From Lama glama (taxonomy: Eukaryota), in assembly GCA_028534125.1 (NCBI GenBank), contig CM052830.1:10478001-10542000 (forward strand): a stretch of 64,000 nucleotides of DNA, given 5' to 3'. The translations under genes and the position numbers were made by a program. Each line of letters opens with the position of its first letter. The first letter of the stretch is position 1. Positions 37,447-50,979 of this stretch are shown here, one piece after another. The notes beneath the pieces are model-generated. The model was given only the letters and a program-made list of their open reading frames with translations, made no database searches and had not been told where the DNA came from.

Positions 37447-38039
37447 TGATGCAGGAAACGGATGTGGGCCATGAGGAGGGCCATGTCCCAGGTCTCAGTT
37501 GGGTCCTTGGCTTCATGCAGGAAAAAATTCAAGAGCGAGCCACAGTTGAGTAAAGGTAGATTTATTTAGAGAGATACATCAAAAGGCAAGAGAAAGGCCA
37601 CGAGGTGTGGGGACTGTGTGCTCAGATTAGAGTAAAAGTAGGTACACACTCCATGGACAGAGTGCGGGCCATCTCTGAAGGGGGAAGGAGAGAGAGAGAG
37701 AGTCACAGGGAGGGGCAGTGTTGCCAATTTTTATGGGCTTCATAGCTTCATATGCTAATAATTGGAAGGACCAGCCTAACTACCCTGGGGAAGGGGCTGG
37801 GATTCCCAGGAAGTTGGCCATTTGACCTTTTGTGGCTAGCCTTGGGGCTGCCATGGTGCCTGTGGGCATGTTTTTTACCATGCTAATATGTTACAGTTAG
37901 CATATAATGAAGCTCAAGGAAGTCAAATCTCCCACCGTCTTGAGCCTCAAGGCCTACTGAGGGTTGAATCTTTTGCCATTTTGGTGTTAACTGTTGTGTT
38001 GTTCCTTGAATGGCTGTGTCCTGCCCCCTTCCTGTCTCA
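37447..38039 (-). mobile_element. ERV1-class solo LTR
   Basis: TG...CA. 4-bp TSD aacg (37443-37446) / aaca (38040-38043). 'aattcaagagcgagcca...gatttattt'. Confidence 0.85.
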
Positions 38040-38129
38040 AACAGATTCTTTTTTTTTTTTTTTTTTTGGATTTTGTAAGGGGAACTATCACTTAAGATCT
38101 CCTTCTAGGTGCCAGGTATAAACTTGACA

Positions 38130-38520
38130 CAGATATCAGTTAGGAATTCATTCAGCTGTGAGCAATAGAATACCCAGTTACCAAGGGATTGAATGATACA
38201 TGCATTTAATTATGTAAAGGTAAACAGTCTTGGGCTGGTGTGAGGCACATTAATGTAATCTAGATTCCCAACTCTTAGAAATTTCTGCCCTGCCATCCTC
38301 AACGTGTTGGATTTCTCAGTCCTCAGGCCTTTTTGCTTCTTGGTCACAATGTCAATCAGCATTCATGGCAGAAGAAGGTAAAAGGGTAGCCCCAGTTTTG
38401 TCTGTCCTTACTAGAAAAGCAAAAGATTTCTTGCACGCACCCCATGTGGACTTCTTACGTTTCATTGGCCAGAACTGGCACCACATAATCATCCCTAGAT
38501 GGGAGGGAGGCTAAAATTTG
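38130..38520 (-). mobile_element. MaLR MLT1J/K-like LTR
   Basis: 'atcagttaggaattcattcagctg', 'ctgccatcctcaacgtgttgg', 'tcattggccagaactgg'. Confidence 0.7.
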
Positions 38521-38529
38521 ATCTAAAGC

Positions 38530-38710
38530 CATGGTTCCCAAATCAAACAACCGTCAGAATCACCTGGAGGGTTTGTTAGAACACAGATTGTTGGGTGTCT
38601 CCCCTAAATATTCTGATTCAGTAGATCTGGGGCAAGGCTGAGAAACTGCATTGCTAAGAAGTTCCCAGGTGAGATGCCACTGCTCGGTGACCCACTTGGA
38701 GAATCACTGG
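38530..38710 (-). mobile_element. MER5A MITE
   Basis: 'tcagaatcacctggagggtttgttagaacacagattg...ttctgattcagtagatctgggg'. Confidence 0.85.
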
Positions 38711-40117
38711 TTGAAAGGAAGTCTTTTATATTTTTATCGGCATTCTCCTAAGGAGACTCTTACTTGTATTCAGTGAACTTTTGTAATAGCCTCTTACCTT
38801 TCCTGTCAGACATCATTGCCACATTTCCTTTCCTAATTCCAGCTCTGATCTAGCAGCCTTCTACTCAAAAACTGTCAGGGATCCCCATTGTTTAGTACTC
38901 TCTGGAATTCAAGGTCTTTCATGATTAAATACCAGTGTGCATATTTCCATTCCATTCATTCTTCAAAATCTATGCTCCATTTATACGTGGCCCTTAAAAT
39001 AGGACCTTGTAATGACTCAGTTCTATCAAATCACCATCTTGCTGAGTATAATTATAAAACCCAGTTAAAATGTAAAAAAGAGCTATGTAGAAGCATCACA
39101 AAATAGCCAAGACAGCCAGAACTATAGAGGTCAAAATCTAAGAAAAAAGAGAAACGCATAGATAAATTCTTGCAAACATTCAAGGAATAAAGAAGGGAGG
39201 GAAGTAAGGCATAATTTCCTGCATGAATTAACATTGTTTTCTTCTAGAGAGGCTGGTGCAAGTCCGATATTCAAAGAGTAACTTGGGTAAAAGCTGAGTG
39301 GACACTAAAATAAAAATTCAGATTCCTAATTAATATGATCCATGGGGATGAGTTATGCTGATTGCTGCTTTTTGATTATACAAATATATTGCCTTTCACT
39401 CAGTCAATCAGCAAGCATTATTCTATTGAAGAAACAGTATGGGTTAGCGGTTAAGAGCACAGACTCTTGATCTAGACCCTCCTTACTTTAAATGAGGTCT
39501 CCAACCAGCAGAGTCGGTATGCCTAGTTTTCGGTAATTTGATCTGCTGGTATAATTTTCTGTTTATTTATTCTGCTTGAGATTCATTGAGCTTCTTGGAT
39601 CTGAAAATTCATTTATTTTTAAAATAAAATTTGGAAAACTTTCAACCCTTATTTCTTTACATATTTCCCCTCAATGTCTTTATTTTCTTCCTCCAAGGAC
39701 ACATATGCTAAAGGACTTGATATTGTCCTACAGGTGACTGAGGCTCTGGCCATTTCTTAAGCCTTTTTCCTCTGTGTATTTCTCTTTGGGTAATTTCTAT
39801 TGTATCTTAAATTTCACTGACGGATCATTCTTCTGTAATAACCAATCTGTTGTTAGACTTATGTAGTATTTTCATTTCAGGGATTATATTTTTCTGCTCA
39901 TATTTCTATTTGGTTCCTTTTCAATAGTTTCCTTTTCTCTGTTGAGATGATTTCTGTTCTTTTCCTTCACGCTGTCTATATTTTCTTTCAAATTCTTGAA
40001 CATCTTTATAAATCTTGTTTGCTAATTCTGTTATTTCTATTATCCAGGGTTTTTTTTATTTACTCATTTTTCTCCTGGTTAAAGACCACATGATCCTGCT
40101 TTGTCTTAAGTCTAGCG

Positions 40118-40270
40118 TTTTTATTTTTATTTATTTATTTATTTTTATTTTGTGGTGGGGGGAGGTAATTAGATGTATTTGTTATTTATATATTCTTGGA
40201 GGAGGCACTGGGCATTGAACTAAGGATTGCTAAGCATGTGCTCTACCACTTGAGCTATAGCCTACCCCCA
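40118..40270 (-). mobile_element. Camelid Vic-1-type SINE
   Basis: 'ggggaggtaattag...ggaggaggcactgggcattgaac...tgctaagcatgtgctctaccacttgagctata'. TSD taagtctag (40107-40115 / 40271-40279). Confidence 0.9.
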
Positions 40271-40624
40271 TAAGTCTAGTAATTTTCTAGTTAATGTCAG
40301 GCATTAGGAGGGCTACACTGCTGAGTGTCTGAATTTTATTGTCCTCAGAGTGTATTGTGTTTTGTTCTCACAGGCAGGTAATCTACTTGTAGAGCAGCTT
40401 TTGCCCTTTCACGGTTTGTCTTCAAGCATTGTTAAGATGGGTCTAGCGTACCCTTTGCTCTAGGACTAGATTAGTCCCACTCGTAAAGCATGGCTTCTCT
40501 GAGACTTCTACTGAAGGCTGGAGGTGTTCGACAAAGTCTCCTCACTCTACTTCTTTGGGAATCAGGTGTCTCCCATTCCTCCGTGAGTTTCAGTAGTTCA
40601 GATCACGATTTCTCATTAGTAGCC

Positions 40625-41210
40625 TGTCTTCATTCTGTTGTCAGCGAAAAGGTTCTTGTCACAGAAAGAATTCAGAAACAAGACATGAAGGTCAAGAAAG
40701 CATAGCAAGGATTTATTAAATGTTAGATAGTACACTCTCAAGGAAAGAGTGGGCAGACCCAGTTGCCCTGAGTTTCTTTGGCAAGCTGGTTATATGGGTG
40801 TAAAAATGAATGGGCAGAATATTCATTGGCAGGGAGAAGTTTGGGGTCATCTTTCTTGAATTTCATCCCAACTCCACGTTCCTAGGTGGGGAGGGGGGAT
40901 TTTTTGTCATTATTTAGTCTTGATCGGGAAGTCAAAAGAGGTCATAATGAACTAAAGATTACATTCAGATGGGTCTATAATGAGCGAAATGTTACATTCA
41001 GATGGTGGAGATTCCTGTCTTGTCCCACCTTTCTTTGCCTCCAGGACACTTGTCAACCCAGAATGTGTGGTTTCTTATCAGTCTGGAGGATCCTGTTTTT
41101 CTTGGTCTGTCCGAGGACCCCCTGTTGTTCACAAGATGTATGGTTCTCTGCCATTTGACCCGTGTTCCCCTTTCTCTGCTCATATCTAGCTACCTGCCTG
41201 CTCTGACAAC
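40625..41210 (-). mobile_element. ERV1-class solo LTR
   Basis: 'aaagaattcagaaacaagac...ggatttattaa...gtacactctcaagg'. Internal repeat 'ttacattcagatgg' x2. Ends 'cctgcctgctctgaca'. Confidence 0.7.
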
Positions 41211-41433
41211 TAGTTCTTTGCTTTGTCTCGTGGAGTCTCACTCTGCATACGCGCAGTTAATTTGGCTAAAGACTTAAGGAGACAGTTATACAGTTTTTGA
41301 ACAATTCTCTTCTCTTTGGCACTCTGTCTTACAATTCAAGCTGCCTCAGGAGCCTCAAATTTTGATCTCTGTCTCCTCCGCTAATGAAATCTCTGTATGC
41401 TGCCTGGGGTTTCTCTTCCTAAAGCCTTAGTAT

Positions 41434-41615
41434 GGCAGTGGTTCTCTAGGTGCAGTCCCCAGACCAGCAGCATCAGCAACACCCGGGGCATTGTTAGAAA
41501 TGCGCAACCTCAAGCTCCAGCCCGGTCTTACTGTATCAGAAGTTCTAGACATGGGGCCGGGGAATCATCACCAGTTCTCCTGGTGATTCTGATGCATCCT
41601 CAAATTTAAAATCTT
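41434..41615 (+). mobile_element. MER5A MITE
   Basis: 'cagtggttctc...gaccagcagcatcagca...ttgttagaaatgc...ggtgattctgatgca'. Confidence 0.85.
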
Positions 41616-41989
41616 TTGAGTTATGGCAAAAAAAAAAAAAGGGCAGAGGATTTTGTAGGAAAGTGGGAATTGAGGTTACAGATCATACCCATGACTTTAG
41701 TGGCCCATTTCTGTGAGTGGGTAGGGCTCTTATAGTTCTTAAAAAAGGTAATTGGGGTGGGAAGAAACCCCAGGAGCTGCTAATTCCTCCCCTCCTGAAT
41801 CTTAAGAGAGGCACCTGAGATTCTAAAACTGCCACTGGAGGGGACCATGTCAGAGATTAATAATTTGTTACTACTATTATGAAACCATTATCCACCAGTG
41901 CTAGTCAGGACTAGGTCAGCATAGATTTCAAATAAAAAACGTTATATAGTTATAGAGTTAGTACAGGAACTGCATAAGGATTGCTCTAC

Positions 41990-42178
41990 TAGAGTGTTTC
42001 TCAATCTTAGCTGCATATTGGAATCACCTGAATCACCTAGGGAGGTTTTAAAAAACACTGACAGCTGAGTTTCACTCCAGCCGCTCTGATTCAATTGATC
42101 TGTGGTGCAGCCTGGGGACCAGCAAGTTAAAAAGCTCACCAGGTGATTCCAGCGTGCAGCTAAGTTTGAGAAGCACTA
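41990..42178 (-). mobile_element. MER5A/B MITE
   Basis: 'tttctcaatcttagctgcatattggaatcacct...caggtgattcc...agtttgagaagcact'. Confidence 0.85.
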
Positions 42179-43399
42179 GGCTAATAATTGATCATCGAGG
42201 CTGTGAGCTCTAAGTATCATTTGAAAGTGGGAAGGAATATGACTTCCTCTAGGTGAGCTTCCCAACCAGTGAAAAGAACAGATGGGACTTAGCTTAAAAC
42301 TGGTATGCAGTTTCCTTTGGTAAAGCAGGGAGTGAGGTCGCACCTGATTACAGCAGAAGACGAGGTTCAGTTCAACAAACATTAATGGAGCTTCCTGTGT
42401 CAAGCACTCTGCCGAGAGATGGGGAAACGAAAGTCCTTCTGTCTCTATGGCAGGAATCAGGCACACGATGTGACCCGGGCTTTTGTGTGGTTTCCATATT
42501 GATGGCTCTCTATTGTAGTGCTCCAGCGCATTCCTGGCATCAGTCAGTTGTTAGCTTGCCGTGACTAATGTGTTATCACCATAGCTAAAGTACCAAAGTT
42601 TGCAAAGGATTTACTCTAGATAAATTCATTACGGTGCTTTTATAGCTAACCCCCAAAATAATGTCATTCTGTTATCTAAATTCCAGCATTTAATGAGAAT
42701 TAGAGGCAGAGTTATGCCTGGAAATTGTTCCTAACCCACACAAGATGATCCATACAGTCTTAAATTATCTATGGAAGATCCAGTTACGTCATTTCAGTAA
42801 ATTCAGCTTATTCAGTCAAAATGGTGCATCGGAGCTGGAGGGAGGAGCCAATTCAGATTGGCCTGGCATGGGCCACATGCCCAATGGGATGTGGTTGTTT
42901 CAGGGGCCAAGCCATGTAACCAAGCCATGAAGTACAAGGTAGACGCTGACAAATTGGCCGAGAATAGAGGAAGGGTGGTTCCCCAAAAGGGACACTGGGT
43001 TGCTATTTTCAACTCTATAAGTAGATACTATTTGAAGTAGGCATCATTCAGAGAAGAAATGTTTAGAGAAATGAACTGATTTGCCTAAAATCATATAGAT
43101 AGTAAGTGACAGAGATTGACTTGACCCAACAATCTGGCCTCAAAATTGGGTACCCATGAGGCTAAGGAAGCTTAAGCTTCAGGAACCATCGTGTACATGG
43201 AAGGGTCCTATCATTTAAAAAAAGTTTGTTACCCATTTTCTTAGAGGGCTGTGATAGCCATATAAAGTCCTCCCAAAACACGTATTTGATTCCTGCTTAT
43301 CTTCCTTCTCGTAGTTGAATGCCTCACCTGCTTGCCCTAACAGCCTGCTCTGGGAAATGATTTCTCCAAAATCAATTCTTACATCACTTTTGAATTGAA

Positions 43400-43660
43400 A
43401 CGTTCTCTGGTCTCCCCACTAGAACATGATTACTTCCTACGCAGGGCACCTTCTTTGAAGATCTCCTAGGACACTTGTCACAGGGTCCCTTGTGTTGTTT
43501 TAATTGTTTGTGTGCATGTCTCGTCTTTCCTACTAAAATGTAAGCCACATTCAGGGTGACATTTATTTTCTCCGTCTCATGGTAGTAAGTGTATTGCTTA
43601 CTGGAGTGTCTGTACCCACTCATGCATGTTGGGTGGATGGATAAAGGGTGAATGCATGGC
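43400..43660 (+). mobile_element. L2 3' fragment
   Basis: 'gtctcgtctttcctactaaaatgtaagc' with a (TGGA)-like tail. Confidence 0.5.
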
Positions 43661-45421
43661 AAGAGGTGCTTTGTGGGATTTTCCTAGAACTGTTGAATTT
43701 TTTGTGGTATTTTGGAGAAACTCCTTATGTTAGTTTTCCAAAAATAGAAAATTAGTTGCTCTATGTTGATGAAAGTTGAGGTTTGAAGACAAAGGTGTGA
43801 AATATATTGCAGACCAGATTTTCTTTAGTTTTCCAAGGGTCATAAAGAATGCATGGAGCGAGTTGCTAGAAATGCTTTCTCTTATAATTTCAATGCGTTT
43901 CTCCCCTCTGGGACACTTTTGCCACTTATTTGAATGCTTAAGAGGTAGCTGAGTTGTTGTCAAGTCTTTACTGGTAAATATTTAATCAGTAAAGGCTTTT
44001 TTCAAGTTTTTCTAATGGTCTATGTTCCAAATAATGCAAGAAATAATAGACTTCTCTGGAATGTATCCTGGACTACCTACGGAAAAGGCACAGATCTCAA
44101 GAATCGAGAGTGCAATTGTCTATAGATGCTTGCCTGACTATTCTGTTTTGTATTAGATAAATCTTTAAGCACTGTAGTTTTGTTTTCTAATTACTTTTAA
44201 ATGCAATTTTTACCTATTGAAAGTGTAATACACGCTTATTGTGGAAAACACCAAAAATACACATCAGGGGAAATTGCCTATATGGATATTTGTAGATTTT
44301 TGAAACGTTCTAACCAAGGTTTTTAAGTGCTTTGGTAGAGGATTGTTCATTTCCTTTCACAATATGTCTCTTTATGTGCCCCCAGTGAGACCTTCATGCT
44401 ATCTGAGAACAACTGGGGAAGAAACGTCACTTCACCAACCAGAAGAAACAGCCTTACCAATCTATTAATGGGATGTGATTAAGATGAAGCAAGCAGGCCA
44501 GAGAAATAGGTGTACGTAAGTCAGAGAGATGAATCAGAGCCTCTGCGGGCCATGACTGCAGACTGCTCTTATTAGCATTCAGAAATCTAGTTACATTTTA
44601 ATTTCAATATGAGCAGATTATACTCTGAAAACAGCTATTGTTCAACTTCTGGAATTTTTGTTATTGTTGTTCATTTTCTCCAGTAAAAGTTGCTTTAAAA
44701 AAGTACCTAAATTCTTTGGGGGTAAACTATGAAGGAAAGGGAATTTTCATAATGGGTCCAGGTGCAAGGAAGAATCAGGGAGCCTTTAGAAACCAGGTGT
44801 GGTGTGAACGGAGCCTGGAACTGCTCGCAGCAGGCTGGGGAGCAGAGTGTGGGTCTTCGAAACGGATCATTTCCTACTGAGCCTTCACTCACCTCCTCTG
44901 CCTTGGCCCTCAGAGATCTCTGTCATCCCATGTATTGCTCACCAGTACTGCACTCTGAAAAACCACCTCAATGTGGCCCCCTCCTTCAAACTCAAACACG
45001 ACTGATCTACAAAAGTCCTTATTTCTACTGAATGCACCACCAGTCTCCTAAAACCCCCAGTCACTTTTGGATCCTCTCTGTCATCTGTCTTCTACCACAA
45101 CCTCTCCTCCATCCCTCACCAAAATAATTAAGAGATCCTATTAGTCCTTGTGATTCCCTTTAAGTCTTTTGTTCTCCCACCACATATTACCATGTCTTCC
45201 CTACGTGGACAGACATCTTTAGATATCCCCTTACTAGACCCACCACCAATATAAAGTCACCACACCCACCACGTTCTGTCAATTTTCTCTTGCTATATCC
45301 TTAACATCCATTTTCTAAAACATTCTGACTGCCATCACGACTTAATTTCAGGAATTAATTGTCTCACTTAAAATTATCTTTAAATATCTTCTGTGAATCT
45401 TCTATTTGGATCCCTTATCAC

Positions 45422-45925
45422 TGTGAACGAAAAATACTGCAAACTACATCAGTAAACAAAGAATGCTGAAGCCATCAAGTCATTCGCAGCTGCCACCACC
45501 CCCCCCCCCCCAGTGAAGACAAGCCTGCAGTCCAGCCTCTGCAGCCACTCACAATGGTGCACTCTGAGGGGACTTAGAATACGAAAGGACAGGATCCTGG
45601 CCCTAGATAGCTAGGTGCTTGTCAGAGGAATGAATTCAATGAGCCCAAATGTTTTCTTCCTCCCATACATAGAAAAGTGCTCAATTCTTTAGCCTGAGAT
45701 GCCTGGTTTTCTTTAGTTAACAAGTAATATTTTAATGTTCCAACTGCCTGGTCTTTGTTATAGAACTCCTATATATCCCAGCTCCTCCCCTACCTTTTTG
45801 GAGCAGTCCCTCAGAGCATCTGAGAGGCTGTCATCCTGGGCTCAAAGGGGATTGAGTCCTCAGAAATGTCCGCCAAATAAAACATAAGTCTCAGCTTTTA
45901 GGCTGTGTGTTTATTTCAGGTGACA
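45422..45925 (+). mobile_element. ERV1 solo LTR (MER34/MER39-like)
   Basis: TG...CA. Perfect 4-bp TSD tcac (45418-45421 / 45926-45929). TATA 'ctatatat' ~45770 and AATAAA ~45876. Confidence 0.9.
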
Positions 45926-46229
45926 TCACCAAGCTTGGGTTGAAGAGACAGTACCTCCCTGCACAGTACTCTTGTACACTTTTGAAATAGGTGAGAGGTT
46001 TCATTGGTTTACAACTAGCTTTGACTATCTCCTTTACACATGTTGCATATAGTCTAACAGCTCTTTGGGAATATAGTATTTATTGCTTCACGGTGCAGCA
46101 CCAGAAACATCCATTTAACAAAGGAGTGGTTCTGCAAAGAAAAAACATTGTGTGTGAATAATATGGAGGAAGAAATGCTGGACAGGCAAAAACATCTCCC
46201 CCTAACCTATAGTGTTATGCCCAGAGGAC

Positions 46230-46650
46230 ACACATTTTTATCTCCAGTCTATAACTCTCCCTTGGGCTCCACACGCACCATCAATCCAGCTGCTGACTGC
46301 ACATCTCTACTTAGGTGACTCAAAGGGATCTCCAATTCAACAAGCCCATGACCACTCATAATCTGGTTTCCCAAATCTGATCTTCTCTCAGAATCCTCTA
46401 ACTTGGTGGATGACAGCACAGTTCATCTCTTCCCCTCGTCCACTCAAGCTCATTACAAAGACCTACTTACTTTATCTTCTAAAAGCATCTATGATAGTTC
46501 CACATATCTTGATTGGCATTGCCATCATCTGAGCCCATTTGACTAATCATAATCTATCACCTAACTAGCCTGTCTCTTTCTACATTTGACCAACCCCAGA
46601 CTGTTCTCTATACCGCAGCCTAAATTATCTCTAATAACTTCAGCTTTCCC
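46230..46650 (+). mobile_element. L2 fragment (resumes after the LTR at ~47441)
   Basis: 'tttatctccagtct', 'acatctctacttagg...ctccaattcaac'. Confidence 0.65.
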
Positions 46651-46653
46651 ACC

Positions 46654-47440
46654 TGTATTAGGGTCCATTCAAACAGCAAAAACCACATGATGATTTAAAC
46701 TGGGAAGGATTAAAATGAAGAATTGTTAACCACGAACAGGTAATTAGCTACTAAAAGAGGATAAACACTTAAGAATCCCCTAAGGCTGCAGCAGAGTACC
46801 CAAACCTGGGGGAGAGCCCTCCACCCCGAGGCCAAGAGTCCAGCCTTGGTGGGGCCCAACAGATGGCAAATAAATTCACTGGGCTGTCTTGACCAGAGCT
46901 GGTCCACAATTGGTGGGTTGTTGAAGTTGGCAGGCAGAAAACTGTGGGGGCAGAGCTGGCAAGCATGTCTCCCGCTGGGGTACTGCCAAGCTGAGCCTGG
47001 TGGGCAGAAAGCCATCTACTGGTGTGATGGAAAAACTTAGTAGGAAGCTGCTTGTGGGGGTGTTGTTGAACTCACTGGGGAACTGGCTAGGTCATCAGTA
47101 TACTAGAAAGCCACCAGGAAGACACTTGCAGAGAATGCTGTTGTACATGCTGGGAAATTAGCTTAGGTGTCCTTGGAACATGCTAGAAAGCTACCCTCGA
47201 GGGTGCCGCTGAAACTTTCTGGGCATGAGTTCCACTGTTAGCTTTCACGCCTGATGAGCATTGCAGGATAAAGAGAGAAATCACACCAGAATCAGGGAGA
47301 AGCCCTTTCCTGCTGCAGCGCCTGTCTGCAATCTCTACTAGCAAAGGAGGATTGGTTTACAAGATCCATCTTCAGTATCCTAAGCAGGGGACTTAAAGGT
47401 GGATTAGGAGCTGAGAGGAAATAAATTGATCACTGCCATA
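46654..47440 (-). mobile_element. Old ERVL/Gypsy-like solo LTR (LTR52/LTR41-related)
   Basis: Ends 'ggtggattaggagctgagaggaaataaattgat'. 5-bp TSD ccacc / ccact. Splits an L2. Confidence 0.65.
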
Positions 47441-47670
47441 CCACTCATGCTTAAAACTCCTCTGCCTTGCCATTTGTATTGTTTTTAGTATTGTATTGTT
47501 TAAAGTCTGAAGTAGTCCATTGTTGAATGAATATATGAGTGAATGAACATTTGGATGCTTGGATTATCCTCTGGTTTCATTACTGTTGTTGGCCAGATAT
47601 TTCTGGCTCTCTGCCTACAAGGCAAATGGTAGGACTGGACAGCTCGATCCCTTTGTGTCTGGTTTGAGCC

Positions 47671-48170
47671 NNNNNNNNNNNNNNNNNNNNNNNNNNNNNN
47701 NNNNNNNNNNNNNNNNNNNNNNNNNNNNNNNNNNNNNNNNNNNNNNNNNNNNNNNNNNNNNNNNNNNNNNNNNNNNNNNNNNNNNNNNNNNNNNNNNNNN
47801 NNNNNNNNNNNNNNNNNNNNNNNNNNNNNNNNNNNNNNNNNNNNNNNNNNNNNNNNNNNNNNNNNNNNNNNNNNNNNNNNNNNNNNNNNNNNNNNNNNNN
47901 NNNNNNNNNNNNNNNNNNNNNNNNNNNNNNNNNNNNNNNNNNNNNNNNNNNNNNNNNNNNNNNNNNNNNNNNNNNNNNNNNNNNNNNNNNNNNNNNNNNN
48001 NNNNNNNNNNNNNNNNNNNNNNNNNNNNNNNNNNNNNNNNNNNNNNNNNNNNNNNNNNNNNNNNNNNNNNNNNNNNNNNNNNNNNNNNNNNNNNNNNNNN
48101 NNNNNNNNNNNNNNNNNNNNNNNNNNNNNNNNNNNNNNNNNNNNNNNNNNNNNNNNNNNNNNNNNNNNNN
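47671..48170. other. Assembly gap (500 N)
   Basis: Run of N. Confidence 1.
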
Positions 48171-48440
48171 TTCATTGCAATGCTGTTTGTAATATTCACG
48201 TTTGGAAATATACAAGTTTCCAAAGATAAGGGTGACATTACTAGAAGGAAAAATACAGCTACTCAAATATCTGTAAAACATTTTGAATAATATCATAAAA
48301 TGTCTAGGAAAACATAAAACTGGAGTATGAAATTTTATATGTGGTATGAGATCAAAGACATCAAGTATGTATTAAAAAAAATGACTGGAATGGATTGTAA
48401 TGAAATGTTAATCTCAGTTTTATCTGGTTGGTGAGATTAG
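48171..48440 (+). mobile_element. Old L1ME-type fragment
   Basis: 'ttcattgcaatgctgtttgtaata', 'aaatgttaatctcagtttatctggttggtgagatta'. Confidence 0.5.
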
Positions 48441-48442
48441 CG

Positions 48443-48549
48443 GTAGAGTGACCGTGTAATTTATTTTCCAAGTGGGGACACTTAAGAGATTAAAAGGGAG
48501 CTGAATCAATGGTTACAAACCAAATTATTCCAGTTATGTGGTCCCTCTT
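48443..48549 (-). mobile_element. MER94-like hAT-Blackjack MITE
   Basis: 'tagagtgaccgtgtaatttatt...gggacacttaagaga...tatgtggtccct'. Confidence 0.6.
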
Positions 48550-48834
48550 CTCCTAGGTCACCTTCAAATGAGTTTTTGCTGAGCTCTTCCATTCAAAATT
48601 TCTCATTTTTTTTCTCAAAATTTCCAAGGAGAATCTTTCCAATTACAGAATACTAAACACACAGCACACATGTCTACGAGGAGGGGCGTACCAGGGAGCA
48701 TTTTCTGAGTAAAACCTAAAGGGAATGATACTTTTCATTAAAATCTATACATATCTTTCAGGCAAGTACTACTTCCTTTTACAAAAGGGTTCTTTCTCAC
48801 TAACACGTGCAATGTAGACAATGTAAAGAACACA

Positions 48835-48950
48835 ATGAAAAAGAATATGAAAATGAATATATGTGCATGTATGTAATGACTGAAACATTATGCTGTACAC
48901 CAGAAACTGACAGCACATTGTAAACTGACTATACTTCAAGAAAAAAATAA
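48835..48950 (+). mobile_element. Very short camelid L1 3' end
   Basis: 'tatgctgtacaccagaaactgacagcacattgtaaactgactatacttcaa'. TSD taaa(g/c)aacaca. Confidence 0.85.
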
Positions 48951-49879
48951 TAAACAACACAGAAATTTATGAAACTTTGAGAAATTATACTGATAGAAAT
49001 GCTGGGTGAGTAGAAGAACCCAGCACAAATTCATTTGAAGGGGTTTTGGGAGAAGTGTGGTTGGGAAGCTGCTTGGGGTGAGAAATAAATGAGGGGAGTG
49101 GGCAGATTTAATGTAGGGGAAGCATAAACCACGCTAGAAGTAGTTTTGCAAAGTAATGAGTTCCCTGTGACTGGAGGCATTTGAGTTGGGACTGGGTGAC
49201 TCCAGCAGGGATGTTCTTAAAGAGAACTGAAGGCTGCCTAAGAGACAATCAGCCTGACTGTCTGATACCAGATGACTAGAAGGGAAGTGAATAAAATAAA
49301 AACAATGATCGAGGCACTTCTGACGTCTGAACACGTGCTGTCATGCAGAAGACCTGGGTGACCCACTGTACACCCAGTGTCACCTAGAAGCTTAGGTCTG
49401 AGTGACAGCTCCTCTCATCAGCCCTCTTAGAGCTCTCAGAGTGTTTCTCTGACCCTCATTTGCTCCAGGCTTTGGTGTTATGTACAAAAAGTGTCAGCTT
49501 TTCAAAGCTAATCTCTTCCCGAGTTTTTGACATGCACGCAACCCCGGTGAATTTGCACCAGCCTCTGGGGCAGCATAGCTTTTCTCAAGCAGCATGTGAA
49601 AGTCAGCTGGCTGGCAGGCCAAGCTGAGAAGTTCACGTTCACTGTCGTTGGTTTGTGCCTAAATGCTCTCTGGGGTTTTACTTATTTTTCAACTTGCTCT
49701 TGCTGTGAAAGTCCCATCTTCTAAATGTTAAGTCACTGAGCCATAAAAAGATGTGACATGACCACAGCTAGAAAGCAGTGTCGGTTTTCCTGTAATGATT
49801 GTATGTGTGGTGCTAGCTGTGGGAAATTTTGGAACATTTTTTCAAATATTGTGGCATCCTTATCCTTTAAAATGTAATA

Positions 49880-50110
49880 GTTTTTACTACAATTTCTTGA
49901 GCGCTTAGTATGTGTCAGACTCTTAGTTACTCTTTTGGTCTTTTGTTTAATCTTTACAGTAACCCTCTTACAATAGGATTCTCATCATTATTTTATGGAG
50001 AAGGAAACAGACTCAGAAAGGTCAAATAATTTTTTCAAGGTTAAACAACGCGTCAGTGGCAGAGCTAGGATGGCAGTCTAGCCCTCTCTGATTTCAACGC
50101 TAGTTCTCTT
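49880..50110 (-). mobile_element. MIR
   Basis: 'ttgagcgcttagtatgtgtcag', 'aggaaacagactcagaaaggtcaaataat'. Confidence 0.75.
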
Positions 50111-50979
50111 TCCTCGCTTCTGTGACTTGTAGCAGGAATGAGGGGACTCTAATAGGAGATGTGTGTGAATGTGGGGCTAGAGGAAGAAGGTGGAATCCAA
50201 CCTTACTGATACACACGGTCCTTTGGGAGTGGGCATCATTGTTTACCCAAGCCCTGAAAACCTAATTATTAAAGAAAGCAGCCCACCATGGCTGGAGAGG
50301 AGCAAGTGTTGGTGCACCTTCCAAGAAGGAGTTCAAGTGTACTTGTCTTGACCCCAGTTTATGTCTCTTCAAAATGGGCTGCATGCAGGCTCTCTGGAGG
50401 AGCAGAGAACAGTTTTCCAGATTTGTCTTCCATCACCAAAGAGAAGTGCTCTTTGCTGCTCCATTGTGGTTTTTTTATTTAGCATAGCAGTTCTGCTAAA
50501 ACATCAATTCCAAATATAAGTGCTTAAAATAAGTATAATAATATAAATGAAACAACAAACCACCCTTAAGTCACCTCCAATAGTGAGTCCCAGGCATTTG
50601 GAAGAGGAAGGAGATGTAAACCCATTGTGACCTTGAGGGTCAGACCTTATTCTGTCTTTGAAGGTGAGAGAAGTATCTCTCTACACCGTCCCCCTTGCTC
50701 ATCCCCCTTTGTCTTTAGGACCATCTAGGTCTTTAAAGCAAATTCTGCTCAAACTGGGCCCCTAAGTCCTGAATTCATCCTGCGTTTTATATTCACTCCC
50801 CCCACCAGAGTCTAAGTCACCATCGTCTCTCCCCAGGGCTGTCTGAGCCACTAGACTGGGCTTCATTTCTGCCCTTGCCTCCTACAGTTTATTCTTTTCA
50901 TAGCAACCAGAGTGTCCTCTCAAGCTCTTAAATCACACTCTTTGGGGACATAATTTATTTCCCAATGGGGACATAATTT

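Larger units (their letters stand above)
39525..41420 (-). mobile_element. Old L1M/HAL1-type 5'/ORF1 region, interrupted by a SINE and an LTR
   Basis: 'gattcattgagcttcttggatctg', 'aaatttggaaaactttca', 'ttgatattgtcctacaggtgactgaggctctg'. Confidence 0.65.

Noticed and set aside
37447-45925. Provirus formed by neighbouring ERV1 LTRs
   Set aside because: The LTRs at 37447, ~40625 and 45422 are different sequences, two have their own TSDs, and no gag/pol lies between them. They are solo LTRs.
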